A stretch of 64,000 nt of DNA, taken from the NCBI GenBank assembly GCA_963822585.1, contig CAWGIE010000026.1, positions 256,001-320,000 of the forward strand. The letters run 5' to 3'. A model generated the notes under the pieces. It was not told the DNA's origin and did no database searches. It was given only the letters and a program-made list of their open reading frames with translations. Shown here piece by piece: positions 29,934 through 41,048 of the stretch. Made by a program: the position numbers and the translations under genes. Within the stretch, counting starts at the first letter, position 1, and every line of letters begins with the position of its first letter. The DNA comes from an uncultured bacterium (GTDB lineage: Bacteria; Auribacterota; Erginobacteria; Erginobacterales; Erginobacteraceae).

Positions 29934-30976
29934 ATGTCCGATAAAAGCAAAATAAAAATCCAGCGAGAGCCTCTCGTCAGCATTATCATTGCTTTTCGCA
30001 ATCCCGGGGACTACCTCCGGGAATGTCTGGCGGCGATAAATAGATTACTTTATCGGAATTACAAGGTAATCCTTCTTCCCGATGACCCGATGGAAACGCC
30101 GGGGGAGGGGATAACGGTTATCCCTACCGGATCGATGGCTCCCCCCCTGAAAAGAGATGTCGGCGCCCGGGAAGCAGCCGGGGAGGTACTCGCTTTCATT
30201 GACGATGACGCTTATCCGCGGGAAGACTGGCTGAATAACGCGATCGGGGATTTTAATAATGACGCGGTTGCCGCCGTCGGGGGGCCGGCTTCCGCTCCCC
30301 CCTCTGACAATTTCTGGCAGAAAGCGGGGGACCGGGTGCTCTGCAGCTGGATGGTAGGCGGGGTCCATATCTATCGCCATATCCCCAAGCTGCGTAAAGA
30401 AGTGGATGATTATCCCACCTGCAACCTCCTGGTCCGGAAATCAACCTTCGATGCCGTCGGCGGGTTTGATTCGCCTTACTGGCCGGGGGAAGACACCATC
30501 CTCTGCTGGAAGCTCACTCATCGGGCGGGGAAGAAGATCATCTACGATCCCGATGTCCAGGTTTTCCATCATCGCCGCCCGCTCTTTAAAAAGCACTGGA
30601 AACAGATCGGCAATTACGGCCTCCACCGGGGATATTTCGTGAAAAAATTTCCTACAACATCCCGCCGGTTTAATTATTTTCTTCCTTCTCTCTGGACGAT
30701 CTTTCTTGCTTTCGGTTGGCTGCCGCTTCTCTTTCTTCCCGGCGGGAGTCATGTTCTACGCCGATCATTGTCCTCCTCTATATCCTGGCCGCTCTTATAA
30801 CCGGCGCCCGGAGTTTGAACTTCAGGACAGCAGTCATCGTAGCCACCGGGATCATAACCACCCACGTTGTTTATGGGATCAACTTCATCCGCGGCCTGCT
30901 GGTGAACCGGCTCCCCGAAGAAGCCATCGGCAATCCGATTCCCTCCCGCTCCCTTCCGGACAGCTTGAGCGACTGA
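29934..30976 (+). pseudogene. GT2 glycosyltransferase with a frameshift near 30755 (may be a sequencing error)
   Basis: FIDDDAYP, GGFD and GED motifs in 29934-30800; the TM tail (PIIVLLYILAAL...) continues in another frame to 30976. Confidence 0.75.
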
Positions 30977-31509
30977 GACATTTCATTATTTCCCTGAGAA
31001 AGATTGTTACCACCCCTCTGTCGGAAAATCTTTAACTCCTTTTAGATTAGATTTCGTCTTTTCCCTTTCGTTTGTTTGTAACTTAATAACGTCGATAACG
31101 GAAGATGAACGCCTTCCAAAATATTGCGAGCGAACTTTTTCCTTTTCCTAAAAAGCAAGATACAAATATTTATAATCATTGATCATTTTAATTAATATTT
31201 AGCCTTTGGAGAAATTTTTTACTTCCATTCCGATATCATGAAATGAGTTAGTCGTCTCTGGAAGTTATTGTTCAGGAGGTTAAGACACCAGGGGATACTA
31301 TTGCCACTTAAACGTTTTTCACCTTATATACATCATGTAAGTATATTTTCATGACCAAGCGGAATTTTTTCCTTGACTAATATAGTCATAGAGTTATCAT
31401 AATAGCAACATCGAGATTATACTATGAGTTCTGATCACAATCTATAATCTCTATGGCTCTAGAATATCATGAAATTTCTTCTAGTCTTGAGCCTCTCTAA
31501 TTATTATCT

Positions 31510-31546
31510 ATCCAGTTCTGGACTTAATGTCCGGCTGGATTTTTTG
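31510..31546 (+). terminator. Intrinsic terminator-like hairpin in the leader of the FG-GAP/DUF1566 gene
   Basis: atccagttctggac-ttaat-gtccggctggat followed by a T run. Confidence 0.55.
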
Positions 31547-31583
31547 TTATTCGGAATAAAACATTAAAAAAGGAGGTTAGAAG

Positions 31584-32456
31584 ATGAAAAGATTGGGAAT
31601 TGGTGTGGTTGTTTTATTTGGTTTGAGTTTAGGGCTAATTTCTTATGCCGCTGACTTTAATGGAGACGGAACAAACGATATCGGTATATATCGTGTCAAC
31701 AGCGGGCTCTGGGCGATCCGGGGAGTGACCAGGGTATATTTCGGTTCTGCTTATGATGAGGCTATGCCCGGCGATTACAATGGTGATGGGATTGTCGACA
31801 TAGGCATTTTCAGACCGGCAAGCGGGCTCTGGGCAGTACGAGATATAACCCGGGTTTACTTTGGTGGTTTCACTGATGAACCATTGCCTGGGATAAGCAC
31901 GGGGAGAAGTTTTTGGAGTCAAACCGGCAACGATATTTACTACGCTAACGGCAACGTCGGCATCGGGACGACGACTCCACAGGCAAAACTCCACATAGCC
32001 GACGGAGTAGTCAGAGAGACACTCCCCAAGACGGGTCAGACTATCTCATATCGCACCGGTGACGACGGCACCTATCAGAGTGGGCAGGACGTATTGGTCG
32101 ATAATGGCGATGGGACAGTAACCGATTCCCGGACGGGTTTGATGTGGCCGAAGGACGGAACGGGTGCCGGGTACGCAAACCAAGTATTAATGACTTGGAA
32201 TGACGCCATCGACTGGGCGGAAGCGCTGGATTTCGCGGGCTATGCTGACTGGCGACTCCCCAACATCAACGAGCTGAAGAGCTTCCAGGAGATTACTTGG
32301 AGCTATTACCAAAATCAGAAACCGGCCGATTACTGGTCTTCTACTACAAATAAGTTCGTTACTCAGTACGCATTCCTCTACAATATGCTTTTCATGAGAC
32401 ACCTGCCCGAGGAATCCACCCCTGCTGCTCTCATCCATCATCATCCGGCGGAATGA
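31584..32456 (+). CDS. Secreted FG-GAP-repeat + DUF1566 (Lcl C-terminal) protein, C-terminus apparently aberrant
   Basis: AGGAGG RBS; signal peptide; DFNGDG/DYNGDG repeats; GNVGIGTTTP; DNGDGTVTD..TGLMW, GYADWRLPNINEL, YWSST. Confidence 0.8.
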   Translation: MKRLGIGVVVLFGLSLGLISYAADFNGDGTNDIGIYRVNSGLWAIRGVTRVYFGSAYDEAMPGDYNGDGIVDIGIFRPASGLWAVRDITRVYFGGFTDEPLPGISTGRSFWSQTGNDIYYANGNVGIGTTTPQAKLHIADGVVRETLPKTGQTISYRTGDDGTYQSGQDVLVDNGDGTVTDSRTGLMWPKDGTGAGYANQVLMTWNDAIDWAEALDFAGYADWRLPNINELKSFQEITWSYYQNQKPADYWSSTTNKFVTQYAFLYNMLFMRHLPEESTPAALIHHHPAE

Positions 32457-32710
32457 AACACTGGAAGTTGTTATTCTCCACAATCCAATATTGAATTAGC
32501 TATCTCCTCCGGATATGCTAAACTTTTTTCTTTTCCCGTTTTTCATCGCGGGGGAAGAACAGCAAGAATTCATCGATGTACGATTTCCCGCTCTGTCGAG
32601 AATCAAGTATTTCAAACGACCGTCGTTTTATCGAAAGAACAAGAACATTTTTCAGCGGTGTTAACTTCGATGTTTTTCCACTAAGTTAGCGCCGTCGGCG
32701 CTAACTTAAA

Positions 32711-34286
32711 ATGAAGGTACTCTTCTCATATCCGCCCCTGAATACAGCAAAGGGGTTTCCCACACTGGGCCAAAACCGGCAGTTTCAATATTTCTCTGAG
32801 CCGACACTGATCTACCCGGTGGTACCCTCCACCGCCGCCACCATGCTCCGGGACGCCGGGCATAAAGTGATCTGGAATGATTGCATTGCCGAAGATATCG
32901 GACGGGAAGAGTACTTCACGTTTCTAGAAAAAGAAAAACCCGACCTCATCGTCTTCGAAACCAAGACCCCGGTTATCAAGGAACACTGGCAGCCTGATCG
33001 ACGAGATCAAACGCCTGCCGCTTACCGCTCATCGCAGCGAAGCGAAGATCCCGAGGAACCCTGATAATCAGGGTTCTTTTCGGGACCGGTCACCGGTCAC
33101 CGGTCACCGGCCGCTGATTACTGATTACCGATCACCGATTACCGTCCTTGTCGGCGACCATGTCACGGCTCTGCCGGAAGAATCGATGAAGAATTCCAAG
33201 GTCGACTTCGTTCTGACCGGCGGCGACTACGACTTCCTCCTGAAAAATTTATGCGACACTTTAGATAGTACCACTGCCCACTGCCCACTGCCCACTGCCC
33301 AATTAGAACCAGGTATCTGGTACCGGTCTCAGGGTGATATAAAGAATACCGGCCCGTTTATTTTGAATCATGATCTTAACCATGCTCCTTTCATCGACCG
33401 GGATCTGACCCGATGGGAGCTTTATGCCTATAAGAACGGGAATTACCGCCGGACGCCCGGTACCTACATTATGAGCGGACGCGACTGCTGGTGGGGTAAA
33501 TGCACCTTCTGCAGCTGGCCCCAGCTTTATCCGAAGTTCCGGGTCCGGACGGTTGAGAATGTCCTCGATGAGATTGGGATGATTATCCAAAAGTATCCGG
33601 TCCGGGAGATCATGGACGATACCGGAACATTCCCCCGTGGAGAATGGCTGCGAAGTTTCTGCCGGGGTGTCCGGGAACGTGGTTTTCAGGAAAAGATCGG
33701 TTTTGACTGCAATTTTCGATTCGGTGCCGCCACCGGGGATGATTACCGGCTGATGAAAAAGGCCGGATTCCGCTTTCTCCTCTTCGGCCTGGAGAGCGGC
33801 AATCAGGATACTCTGGATCGCCTGAACAAGAACCTGAAGGTGGAGGAGATCGTCGATTCCTGCCGGATGGCCCGGGCGGCCGGATTATATCCCCACATCA
33901 CCATCATGTTCGGCTATCCCTGGGAAGATTATGAACAGGCCCGGAACACGTTTAATCTGGGAAAATATCTGCTGAGAAAGGGATACGCCTACACCATGCA
34001 GGCGACCGTCGTCGTCCCCTATCCCGGGACCCCTCTTTACCGGGAGTGCCTGGATAACGGTTGGCTCCGGACCTCCGACTGGTCTGATTTCGATATGAAG
34101 CAACCGGTCATGAAGATCCCCTTCCCGGAAAAAGAGCTGATGCAACTGGTCCAGGGGATGTACTCAATCGCCTATGATCCCGTATTCCTGGCTAGAAAAG
34201 TGCTCAGTATCAGGGGCTGGGATGACATCCGATTCTTTCTCCGGGCCGGGAAAAAAGTCCTGGGCCATATTCGTGATTTCACGTGA
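32711..34286 (+). CDS. B12-binding radical SAM protein, split by one frameshift near 32993 and carrying in-frame repeat insertions
   Basis: N-terminal part (EKPDLIVFET) continues in the 33186 frame (LIDEIKRL...VLVGDHVTALPEES); CWWGKCTFC cluster motif; GLESG; PYPGTPLY. Confidence 0.82.
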
Positions 34287-35581
34287 AAAACGATACAAAA
34301 AATTCCGGAAGAAAATTTTTCAAAGACGACTTCTTCCAGCAGACCGCCGTGATGATGATCGGGACTAAACTGGGAGATCTCTTCAATCTTATCTATCGTC
34401 TGGCCATGGTCCGTCTTCTCACTGTCGAAGAATACGGGACCCTGAATTCTTTGATATCTTCAGTTCTCATCCTGAGTCAGTTTGTCGCCCCCTTCCAACC
34501 GGTACTGACCAGGTATTTCGCCGTTTATTCGGGAAAGGAGGAATGGTCAAAGCTGCGCTTTCTGCTTCGGAGAACCAGCCGCGACCTCGGGATCTTTTCG
34601 GTGGCGATTTTCGTCATTATTGTATTCTTCTCCGGGGAGATAAGCGGTTATCTGAATATTAACGCGGCCGCGCCGATTATTCTGGCCGGAGCAATAATAG
34701 GATTGTCAATCCTGCTGGCCGCCCCCGTATCATTCATTCAGGGGACCCAGTTATTCGGGTCCCTCTCTTCTCTGGCGGCGATCTCCTCTTTCTGTAAGAT
34801 GATACTCGGGATCGGGCTGATCTTGTTGGCCGGATTAGCGGTAAACGGCGCCTTGGGAGGGATGATCGCCAGCCCGCTATCGGCTATTTTGATCGGGATA
34901 TTCTTTATCAGAAAATATCTGAAGCGCCGGCCGGGGAAGGGGGAGACAGAGCCGATCGTCATGAGACCGATCTATAAATATTTTATTCCTACCGCCCTGA
35001 CCCTGGGCTCTCTCTGGGCTCTGACGAATCTCGACGTTATTCTGGTCAAGCACTTCTTTGTTGACGGCCCGGAACCCGGCTATTATTCGGTTGCCCAGAT
35101 GGTCGGTTTAATGATTCTGTATCTCCCGGGGGCCGTTACCCTCGTTCTTTTCCCCAAAGCCGCCGCCGCCCACGCGAATGATTCCAATAGCCGGCGGATG
35201 CTCTGGAAAGGTCTGGCGGTGGTGGCGGGATTATGTTTGCTGGGGGTCGTGATCTGCGCGGTCGCGCCGGGATTGATCCTGACCGCTATCAGCGGCAAGA
35301 ATAATCCCCAGAGCCGGGAACTTGTCGTTTGGTTTTCCCTGGCGATGAGTTTCTATGCGCTGAGCATGCTGGCGGTCTTCTATCATCTGGCGGTTCACAA
35401 TGATAGGATAGCCATCCCCCTGCTGGGCCTGGTCATCGCCGAGATAATAACAATTTATTTTCACCATCCGGCTTTGATAAATATCGTATATATTGTTTGC
35501 TTTTATTCGGTGATCACTTTCGCGACAACACTATTGATGCTCAGATATGCCGGCAAATCCGCCTCCTCCTTAAAACGTTGA
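34283..35581 (+). CDS. Oligosaccharide flippase (Wzx/MOP family)
   Basis: About 12 TMs; RLLTVEEYG, DVILVKHF, GYYS and LFPK motifs. Confidence 0.82.
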   Translation: MKNDTKNSGRKFFKDDFFQQTAVMMIGTKLGDLFNLIYRLAMVRLLTVEEYGTLNSLISSVLILSQFVAPFQPVLTRYFAVYSGKEEWSKLRFLLRRTSRDLGIFSVAIFVIIVFFSGEISGYLNINAAAPIILAGAIIGLSILLAAPVSFIQGTQLFGSLSSLAAISSFCKMILGIGLILLAGLAVNGALGGMIASPLSAILIGIFFIRKYLKRRPGKGETEPIVMRPIYKYFIPTALTLGSLWALTNLDVILVKHFFVDGPEPGYYSVAQMVGLMILYLPGAVTLVLFPKAAAAHANDSNSRRMLWKGLAVVAGLCLLGVVICAVAPGLILTAISGKNNPQSRELVVWFSLAMSFYALSMLAVFYHLAVHNDRIAIPLLGLVIAEIITIYFHHPALINIVYIVCFYSVITFATTLLMLRYAGKSASSLKR

Positions 35582-35659
35582 TTTCAGATGCGGACCCGGG
35601 AGAGATCAACTCCGGAAGATGATCATTAAGAACATTAACCCAACTCAAGGAAGTACGAC

Positions 35660-36745
35660 ATGAAAAGAATCCTGGTTACCGGAGCCGGTGGGACTCCGAC
35701 AACTAATTTCGTGCGCTCTCTGAGGGCATCTCCAGAAGAATTCTATCTGATCGGGGTGGATATAAACAAATTTTACCTCCGACGGGCGGAGACCGACGAA
35801 CGGCATCTGATCCCCGAGGCGGACAGCGAGGATTACATAGATTTTTTGAAACAGATACTGTCTGAAACCAAACCGGATCTTCTCTATATGCAGCCGGATC
35901 AGGAAATCAGGATGATCTCCCTTCATCGTGACGAACTCCCGGTGAAAATTTTTCTTCCCGACCATAAAACCATCGAGTTATGCCAGGATAAATTTAAAAC
36001 CTATCAAAAATGGCAGGCGGCCGGAGTGAAAGTTCCCCGGACGATATTACTAAACGACGAAAACGATCTTCGAGACGCCTTCTCCTCGTTCGGTTCCCCG
36101 ATCTGGCTCAGGGCCGTTGTCAGTCCCGGGGGAGGCAAGGGCAGTTTTCGTGCTCCTGATCTCGACATTGCCAGGGCGTGGATTAATTATTGCCGGGGCT
36201 GGGGAAACTTCACGGGATCGGAATGCCTGCAGGCGGGAAGTGTTACCTGGCAGTCGATCTGGAAAGAGGGGCGTTTAATTGTCGCCCAAAGCAGGAAAAG
36301 ACTTTATTGGGAATTCGCTAACCGGGCGCCCTCGGGAGTAACCGGTTTGACCGGGACCGGCGTGACCATTTCCGATCCGGTTCTCGACGAGATTGCCGAA
36401 AAAGCGATTTGGGCGGTGGATGATAAACCTCATGGGATATTCTCGGTTGACCTCACCTTCGATAAGGACGGAGTTCCGAATCCTACCGAAATCAACATCG
36501 GCAGATTTTTCACAACACATTATTTCTTTACCAGCGCCGGTTTAAACATGCCTTATATCCTTACCAAACTCGCTTTTGACGAGCCGCTGCCTCCGATTTC
36601 CAAGAAAATCAACCCCTTGAAACCGGGTTTAATCTGGGTTCGCGGGTTGGATTTTCTGCCGATTCTCTCCGATTTAAAGCAGATCCAGTCGTATGAGGAC
36701 GAATTCATCCAGCGGCGGAAAAGCTTGAAAAATAAGAAGCGATAA
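35660..36745 (+). CDS. ATP-grasp carboxylate-amine ligase
   Basis: ILVTGAGG N-domain, CQDKFKTY, VPRT, SVD...TEINIGRF. Confidence 0.75.
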   Translation: MKRILVTGAGGTPTTNFVRSLRASPEEFYLIGVDINKFYLRRAETDERHLIPEADSEDYIDFLKQILSETKPDLLYMQPDQEIRMISLHRDELPVKIFLPDHKTIELCQDKFKTYQKWQAAGVKVPRTILLNDENDLRDAFSSFGSPIWLRAVVSPGGGKGSFRAPDLDIARAWINYCRGWGNFTGSECLQAGSVTWQSIWKEGRLIVAQSRKRLYWEFANRAPSGVTGLTGTGVTISDPVLDEIAEKAIWAVDDKPHGIFSVDLTFDKDGVPNPTEINIGRFFTTHYFFTSAGLNMPYILTKLAFDEPLPPISKKINPLKPGLIWVRGLDFLPILSDLKQIQSYEDEFIQRRKSLKNKKR

Positions 36746-36746
36746 G

Positions 36747-37676
36747 ATGAAAGAAACTATTATTGTGAGCGGCGCGAGTGGGTTCGTGGGACGGTCTCTG
36801 GTGAGGTCTCTCGTCGAAGCTGGTTTTCATGTGCTGGCGATTGATCTCACCGCCCCCGTTGATCAGCAGACATTCTCTTCAGAACAGCGAAAACAATTAA
36901 CCCTGCTGGAGGCGGACTTTTCCAATGACCGGGACCTGAAACGCATCCGGGAAAAAGTAGAATCCCCCTCCTATCTTGTCCATCTGGGAAGCTATATCCT
37001 GGAGAGTTCCCCGGAGACTGAAGAGTATGACGTGCGGCGCTCGATCGAGACCAATATCAGCGGCAGCTATGACCTGGTTAAAATTTTAAAACCCAAACTT
37101 TGCGGCGTTCTTCTGGCAAGTACATTGGATGTCTACGGGGATCCTCAATTTCTGCCGATCAAGGAAAACCATCCGGTCGCCCCTGGTACTTTTTATGGCG
37201 CCAGTAAAGCGGCAATGGAACTGTACATTGAAAACGAGCTGAAAAATATCATCCCGTTGACGATATTGCGATTCAGTCACATCTACGGCCCCGGGGATCC
37301 TCATCCTAAAGTCCTGCATTCATTTGTTGAAGCGGCGCGTTCGGGAAGCAATCCGGTAATATACGGCGATGGAGCCGATACGCGGGATTATATCCATATC
37401 AATGACATAGTTGAAGCAATCATGAAAACGATCCGATTGAAGAAGCCGGGAATTTTTAATATCGCTTCCGGTCACAGTCGCACCTTGAAGCAGCTCGCTG
37501 AGTCGGTAATTAAAATATCGGGCAAAGAATTGCATCCGATTTATCGGAAGCGTCGCCGGCCCCGGAAAGATTATTCTTTCGATATCAGTAAAGCCCGGGT
37601 AGAGCTTGGTTTCGATCCCCGGATATCGATTCAGCGGGGCATCGGGGAATTATTTAAGGGAGCCGGGGATAGTTAA
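36747..37676 (+). CDS. NAD-dependent epimerase/dehydratase
   Basis: GASGFVG, YGASK, RFSHIYGPG, GDGADTRDYIHINDIV. Confidence 0.88.
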   Translation: MKETIIVSGASGFVGRSLVRSLVEAGFHVLAIDLTAPVDQQTFSSEQRKQLTLLEADFSNDRDLKRIREKVESPSYLVHLGSYILESSPETEEYDVRRSIETNISGSYDLVKILKPKLCGVLLASTLDVYGDPQFLPIKENHPVAPGTFYGASKAAMELYIENELKNIIPLTILRFSHIYGPGDPHPKVLHSFVEAARSGSNPVIYGDGADTRDYIHINDIVEAIMKTIRLKKPGIFNIASGHSRTLKQLAESVIKISGKELHPIYRKRRRPRKDYSFDISKARVELGFDPRISIQRGIGELFKGAGDS

Positions 37677-37677
37677 T

Positions 37678-38682
37678 ATGGATCTGCCGAAGATTTCATT
37701 TTTAACCCCGGTTTTCAATGAAGCCCGTCAGATGGAACCCTTCCTGCGGAATATCCGCGACCAGGATTATCCTCAAGACAAGATCGAGATCGTCATCGCG
37801 GACGGAGGATCCACTGATAATACCGTTGCCATCGCTTCCCGATTTGGGTGCCGGATTATCAGCAATCCGGAAAAGCTGGCTGAACCGGGACTGGTCCGCT
37901 GTGAGGACTCGGCCACCGGCGATTTGTTCGTCATCATGGCCGCCGATAACCGCCTGCCCCGGAAAGACTGGCTTAAGCTTATGGTCCGGCCTTTCCTGGA
38001 AGATCCCGAAGTCTGGGGGGCATATACCCACATCGTACCTTCGGCCGATGATAATCTGTTCAACCGGTATTACAGCTTGCTCCACGTCGAACCGTTCAGT
38101 TGGTTCGTTTATGGCAATTACTGTAACCCCAGACGATTCAGATTCTGCTATCAGACAGCGGAATTACACACGGGCTATGAGATTTACTCATTCACCTTGA
38201 AAAATCATCCCTTGATCGCTTTCGCACAGGGTTTCGTGCTTCGTCGGGATTTCCGGAGAGAGTCTAAAAATAAGGGGGATGATATTTTGCCGTTTATCCA
38301 ATTAATCGAAGACGGCCATAAAATCGCTTATGTCCCTCAGGCGGGAATTCAGCATCTTCATCTTCAGGGATACATCAATTATTTAAAAAAGTATCAATCT
38401 CGGATACGGAATAACCTGTATAAAAAGAATATCGGCTTTGACAGCAGAAGAGCCTACTTGTCATTTTCACGAAAGACAAAAAAATATTTATGGCTGATTT
38501 ACGGATCCACGGTTGTCGGGCCGCTATTTCATAGTCTGATCTGGTATCTCCGGGATAAGGAAAAATGCTGGTTCTGGCACATGCCCGCTTCAGTCGGTCT
38601 TACCTATTTGATGATCTATGAAGTGATCAGAAAGCAATACCTGTATCTCATTAATATATTCTTAGGCTTTGAGAAAGGATGA
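37678..38682 (+). CDS. GT2 glycosyltransferase
   Basis: KISFLTPVFNE, ADGGSTD, MAADN. Confidence 0.85.
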   Translation: MDLPKISFLTPVFNEARQMEPFLRNIRDQDYPQDKIEIVIADGGSTDNTVAIASRFGCRIISNPEKLAEPGLVRCEDSATGDLFVIMAADNRLPRKDWLKLMVRPFLEDPEVWGAYTHIVPSADDNLFNRYYSLLHVEPFSWFVYGNYCNPRRFRFCYQTAELHTGYEIYSFTLKNHPLIAFAQGFVLRRDFRRESKNKGDDILPFIQLIEDGHKIAYVPQAGIQHLHLQGYINYLKKYQSRIRNNLYKKNIGFDSRRAYLSFSRKTKKYLWLIYGSTVVGPLFHSLIWYLRDKEKCWFWHMPASVGLTYLMIYEVIRKQYLYLINIFLGFEKG

Positions 38683-38731
38683 TACTGCTTAATGAAAAGT
38701 AATGGTTGCAGGTTATGATCGGAGCGAGACA

Positions 38732-39920
38732 ATGAAAAATAAAAAATTGAAAATTGGAATATTAGTCGATGAGATCGCTCCCGGCAGTGCTCCTAAACTG
38801 ATCGGCTGGCCGATCCGGAAACTGGCGGACATGGGGATCGAAGCCGAGGCCCTGGTAATTATAAATAAGGACCACTGGCAAAAACACCAGGCTCATTTTG
38901 ACTCCCATCTATCCGGTGTAAAAGTAAGATATATATTTCCCGAATATCCAGCCTGGGCCAGAAAAGCTGAACTTTAAATTTCCCGGGATGTCCTTCTTCT
39001 CTCTTCATCATATTATGAGCGGGTTCTTTGCCTACCGGGCCATAAAACCAGGAGAATTCAATATCATAATCGCGAATTGTCAATATAGTACTCTCGCGGC
39101 CAGGAATATAAAGAAACGCCTTGGAATCCCGTTCATATTCTTAATCTGGGATCCGTCCACTTTTACCGCGGAGAAGATATATAAAGACCGATTCGGATGG
39201 AAATATCCACTGCTCTATCAGGCGGCAAAGATGCTGGATCATTATGCGGTTAAAGAATGTGAAGCGATTATTACCAGTGGCAAATTCCACCACCGCCATT
39301 TAAGCGGTTTGACCGATAAACCACTGGAGATCCTGGTGCCCGGCTGTTTCGCGATGGAAAAATTGCCGGATTTCTGCGCGCGGGAAAATATCATCCTGAC
39401 ATATGATCGCTGGGATATCGGGAATGTCCCGACAATCTTCCTTGACATATTAGACACCTTAAAAGATAAGAAAATCACTTTGACCATCGGTGGTTTCTGG
39501 CATCCGATGTCTCTCAGACAAGAGTTTCAGGATGAGGTGGTCCGCCGGAACCTCCAAGAGCGGGTTACCCTGCTTGGCCCTCTTAACGAGGACAAAATAA
39601 TGGAGCTCTGCTCCCGTTCCATGGTCCATATCCATCCAGTTCATGAAGCTTTCGGAATGCAAACGCTAGAAGCCGCAGCCTGCGGTTGTCCCATCATAAT
39701 TCCCGCCGGTTCCGGAGTGGCAGATCTGTTCCAGCACGGGGTCCATGGATATTTTCCCGAGCCGGGGAATATAGCCGAACTTGTAGAATATACCGAGGCT
39801 ATTTTTAATGACCGGGGTAAAACTGCGGATATGGGGAAAAAAGCTTGGGAAGTTGCAAAACAATATTCATGGGAAGGTTATGCTTCCGGCCTCGCTCGCA
39901 TTGCAAGCAAATATGTTTAA
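38732..39920 (+). pseudogene. GT4 glycosyltransferase with a frameshift near 38965
   Basis: Removing one base in gccagaaaagctgaac joins ARK to LNFKFPGMSFF; EAFGMQTLEAAACGCP motif. Confidence 0.78.
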
Positions 39921-40019
39921 CGCAAACCTTGCCCTTGTAATTTCACTCCGGACACTTCATAATGCGCCTTTTATTTCCGTTAGTCAGATAAATTTTTGAA
40001 TTAATCAGGAGGTTAAGTT

Positions 40020-41036
40020 ATGGACTGGAAAAATACTAAAGTATTAGTAACCGGCGGGGCTTCATTTATTGGCAGCAACCTGGTCGATGCACTGATCGAA
40101 CGGGGGGCGAAGGTCAGGGTGGTGGATGACCTGACCAGCGGTCGACTGGAGAATATTCAAGAACATATAGATGCTCGTAGAGTGGAGTTTACCAAGGCGG
40201 ACCTCCGGGAACCCGGTGTAGCCCGGGAGGCGGCAAGGGGCATCAACATCGTCTTTCATCTGGCGGCCGCTCATGGAGGACGCGGTTATGTCGATCTCCA
40301 CCAGGCAGAACCGGCCACTAATCTCTTTTTAGGAGGGGTTATTTTCTGGGAAGCGAGAAAGGCCGGGGTAGAAAAAATAGTCTTCGCTTCTTCCGGATGT
40401 GTTTATCCCAATCATCTGCAGGTGGACCCCGCACAGGAGCTTTATCTGACCGAGGATCTGGTTAAACCTCCCTATGATGCCGACAACCTTTATGGCTGGG
40501 CCAAACTGATGGGGGAACTGACTCTCAAGGCTTATCATGATGAATATGGCATAAAGACAGCCTCCTGCCGGTATTTCACCGTTTATGGCCCCCGGGGCGT
40601 AGAAAATCACGCGGTAATCGCTATGATCGCCCGGGCCTTCATCGGGCAGGATCCGTTTGAAGTCTGGGGGGATGGTACCCAGATTCTAAATTGGACTTAT
40701 ATTGATGATATCGTTCGAGGCACTCTCCTGGCCGCCGAAAAAATTGATGATGGGACCGCGGTCAATCTCGGCACTATGGAGAGGATCCAGGTCATCGATG
40801 CCGTCAAACTGGCTATGGAGTACAGTGGCCACAAAGCGGAGATCAAATTCCTGACAGATATGCCGACCGGTCCGTTGAACCGGGTAGCGGATAATTCACT
40901 GGCAAAAAATCTCTTGGGATGGGAACCGCAGATCTTATTCCGAGAGGGTCTGAAACGAACCATGGACTGGTATTTTTCTAGTAAAGATAGAGAGCAGGTA
41001 AAACAAATTTTGCAGAAAAGTTTGATCGAACGTTAA
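40020..41036 (+). CDS. NAD-dependent epimerase (GDP-mannose 3,5-epimerase-like)
   Basis: TGGASFIG, HLAAAHGGRGY, ASSGCVYP, YGWAK, WGDGTQ. Confidence 0.85.
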   Translation: MDWKNTKVLVTGGASFIGSNLVDALIERGAKVRVVDDLTSGRLENIQEHIDARRVEFTKADLREPGVAREAARGINIVFHLAAAHGGRGYVDLHQAEPATNLFLGGVIFWEARKAGVEKIVFASSGCVYPNHLQVDPAQELYLTEDLVKPPYDADNLYGWAKLMGELTLKAYHDEYGIKTASCRYFTVYGPRGVENHAVIAMIARAFIGQDPFEVWGDGTQILNWTYIDDIVRGTLLAAEKIDDGTAVNLGTMERIQVIDAVKLAMEYSGHKAEIKFLTDMPTGPLNRVADNSLAKNLLGWEPQILFREGLKRTMDWYFSSKDREQVKQILQKSLIER

Positions 41037-41048
41037 GTTATTTATTTA

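Noticed and set aside
31000..32700. Complete diversity-generating retroelement
   Set aside because: No reverse transcriptase, Avd or adenine-differing template repeat found in the window.
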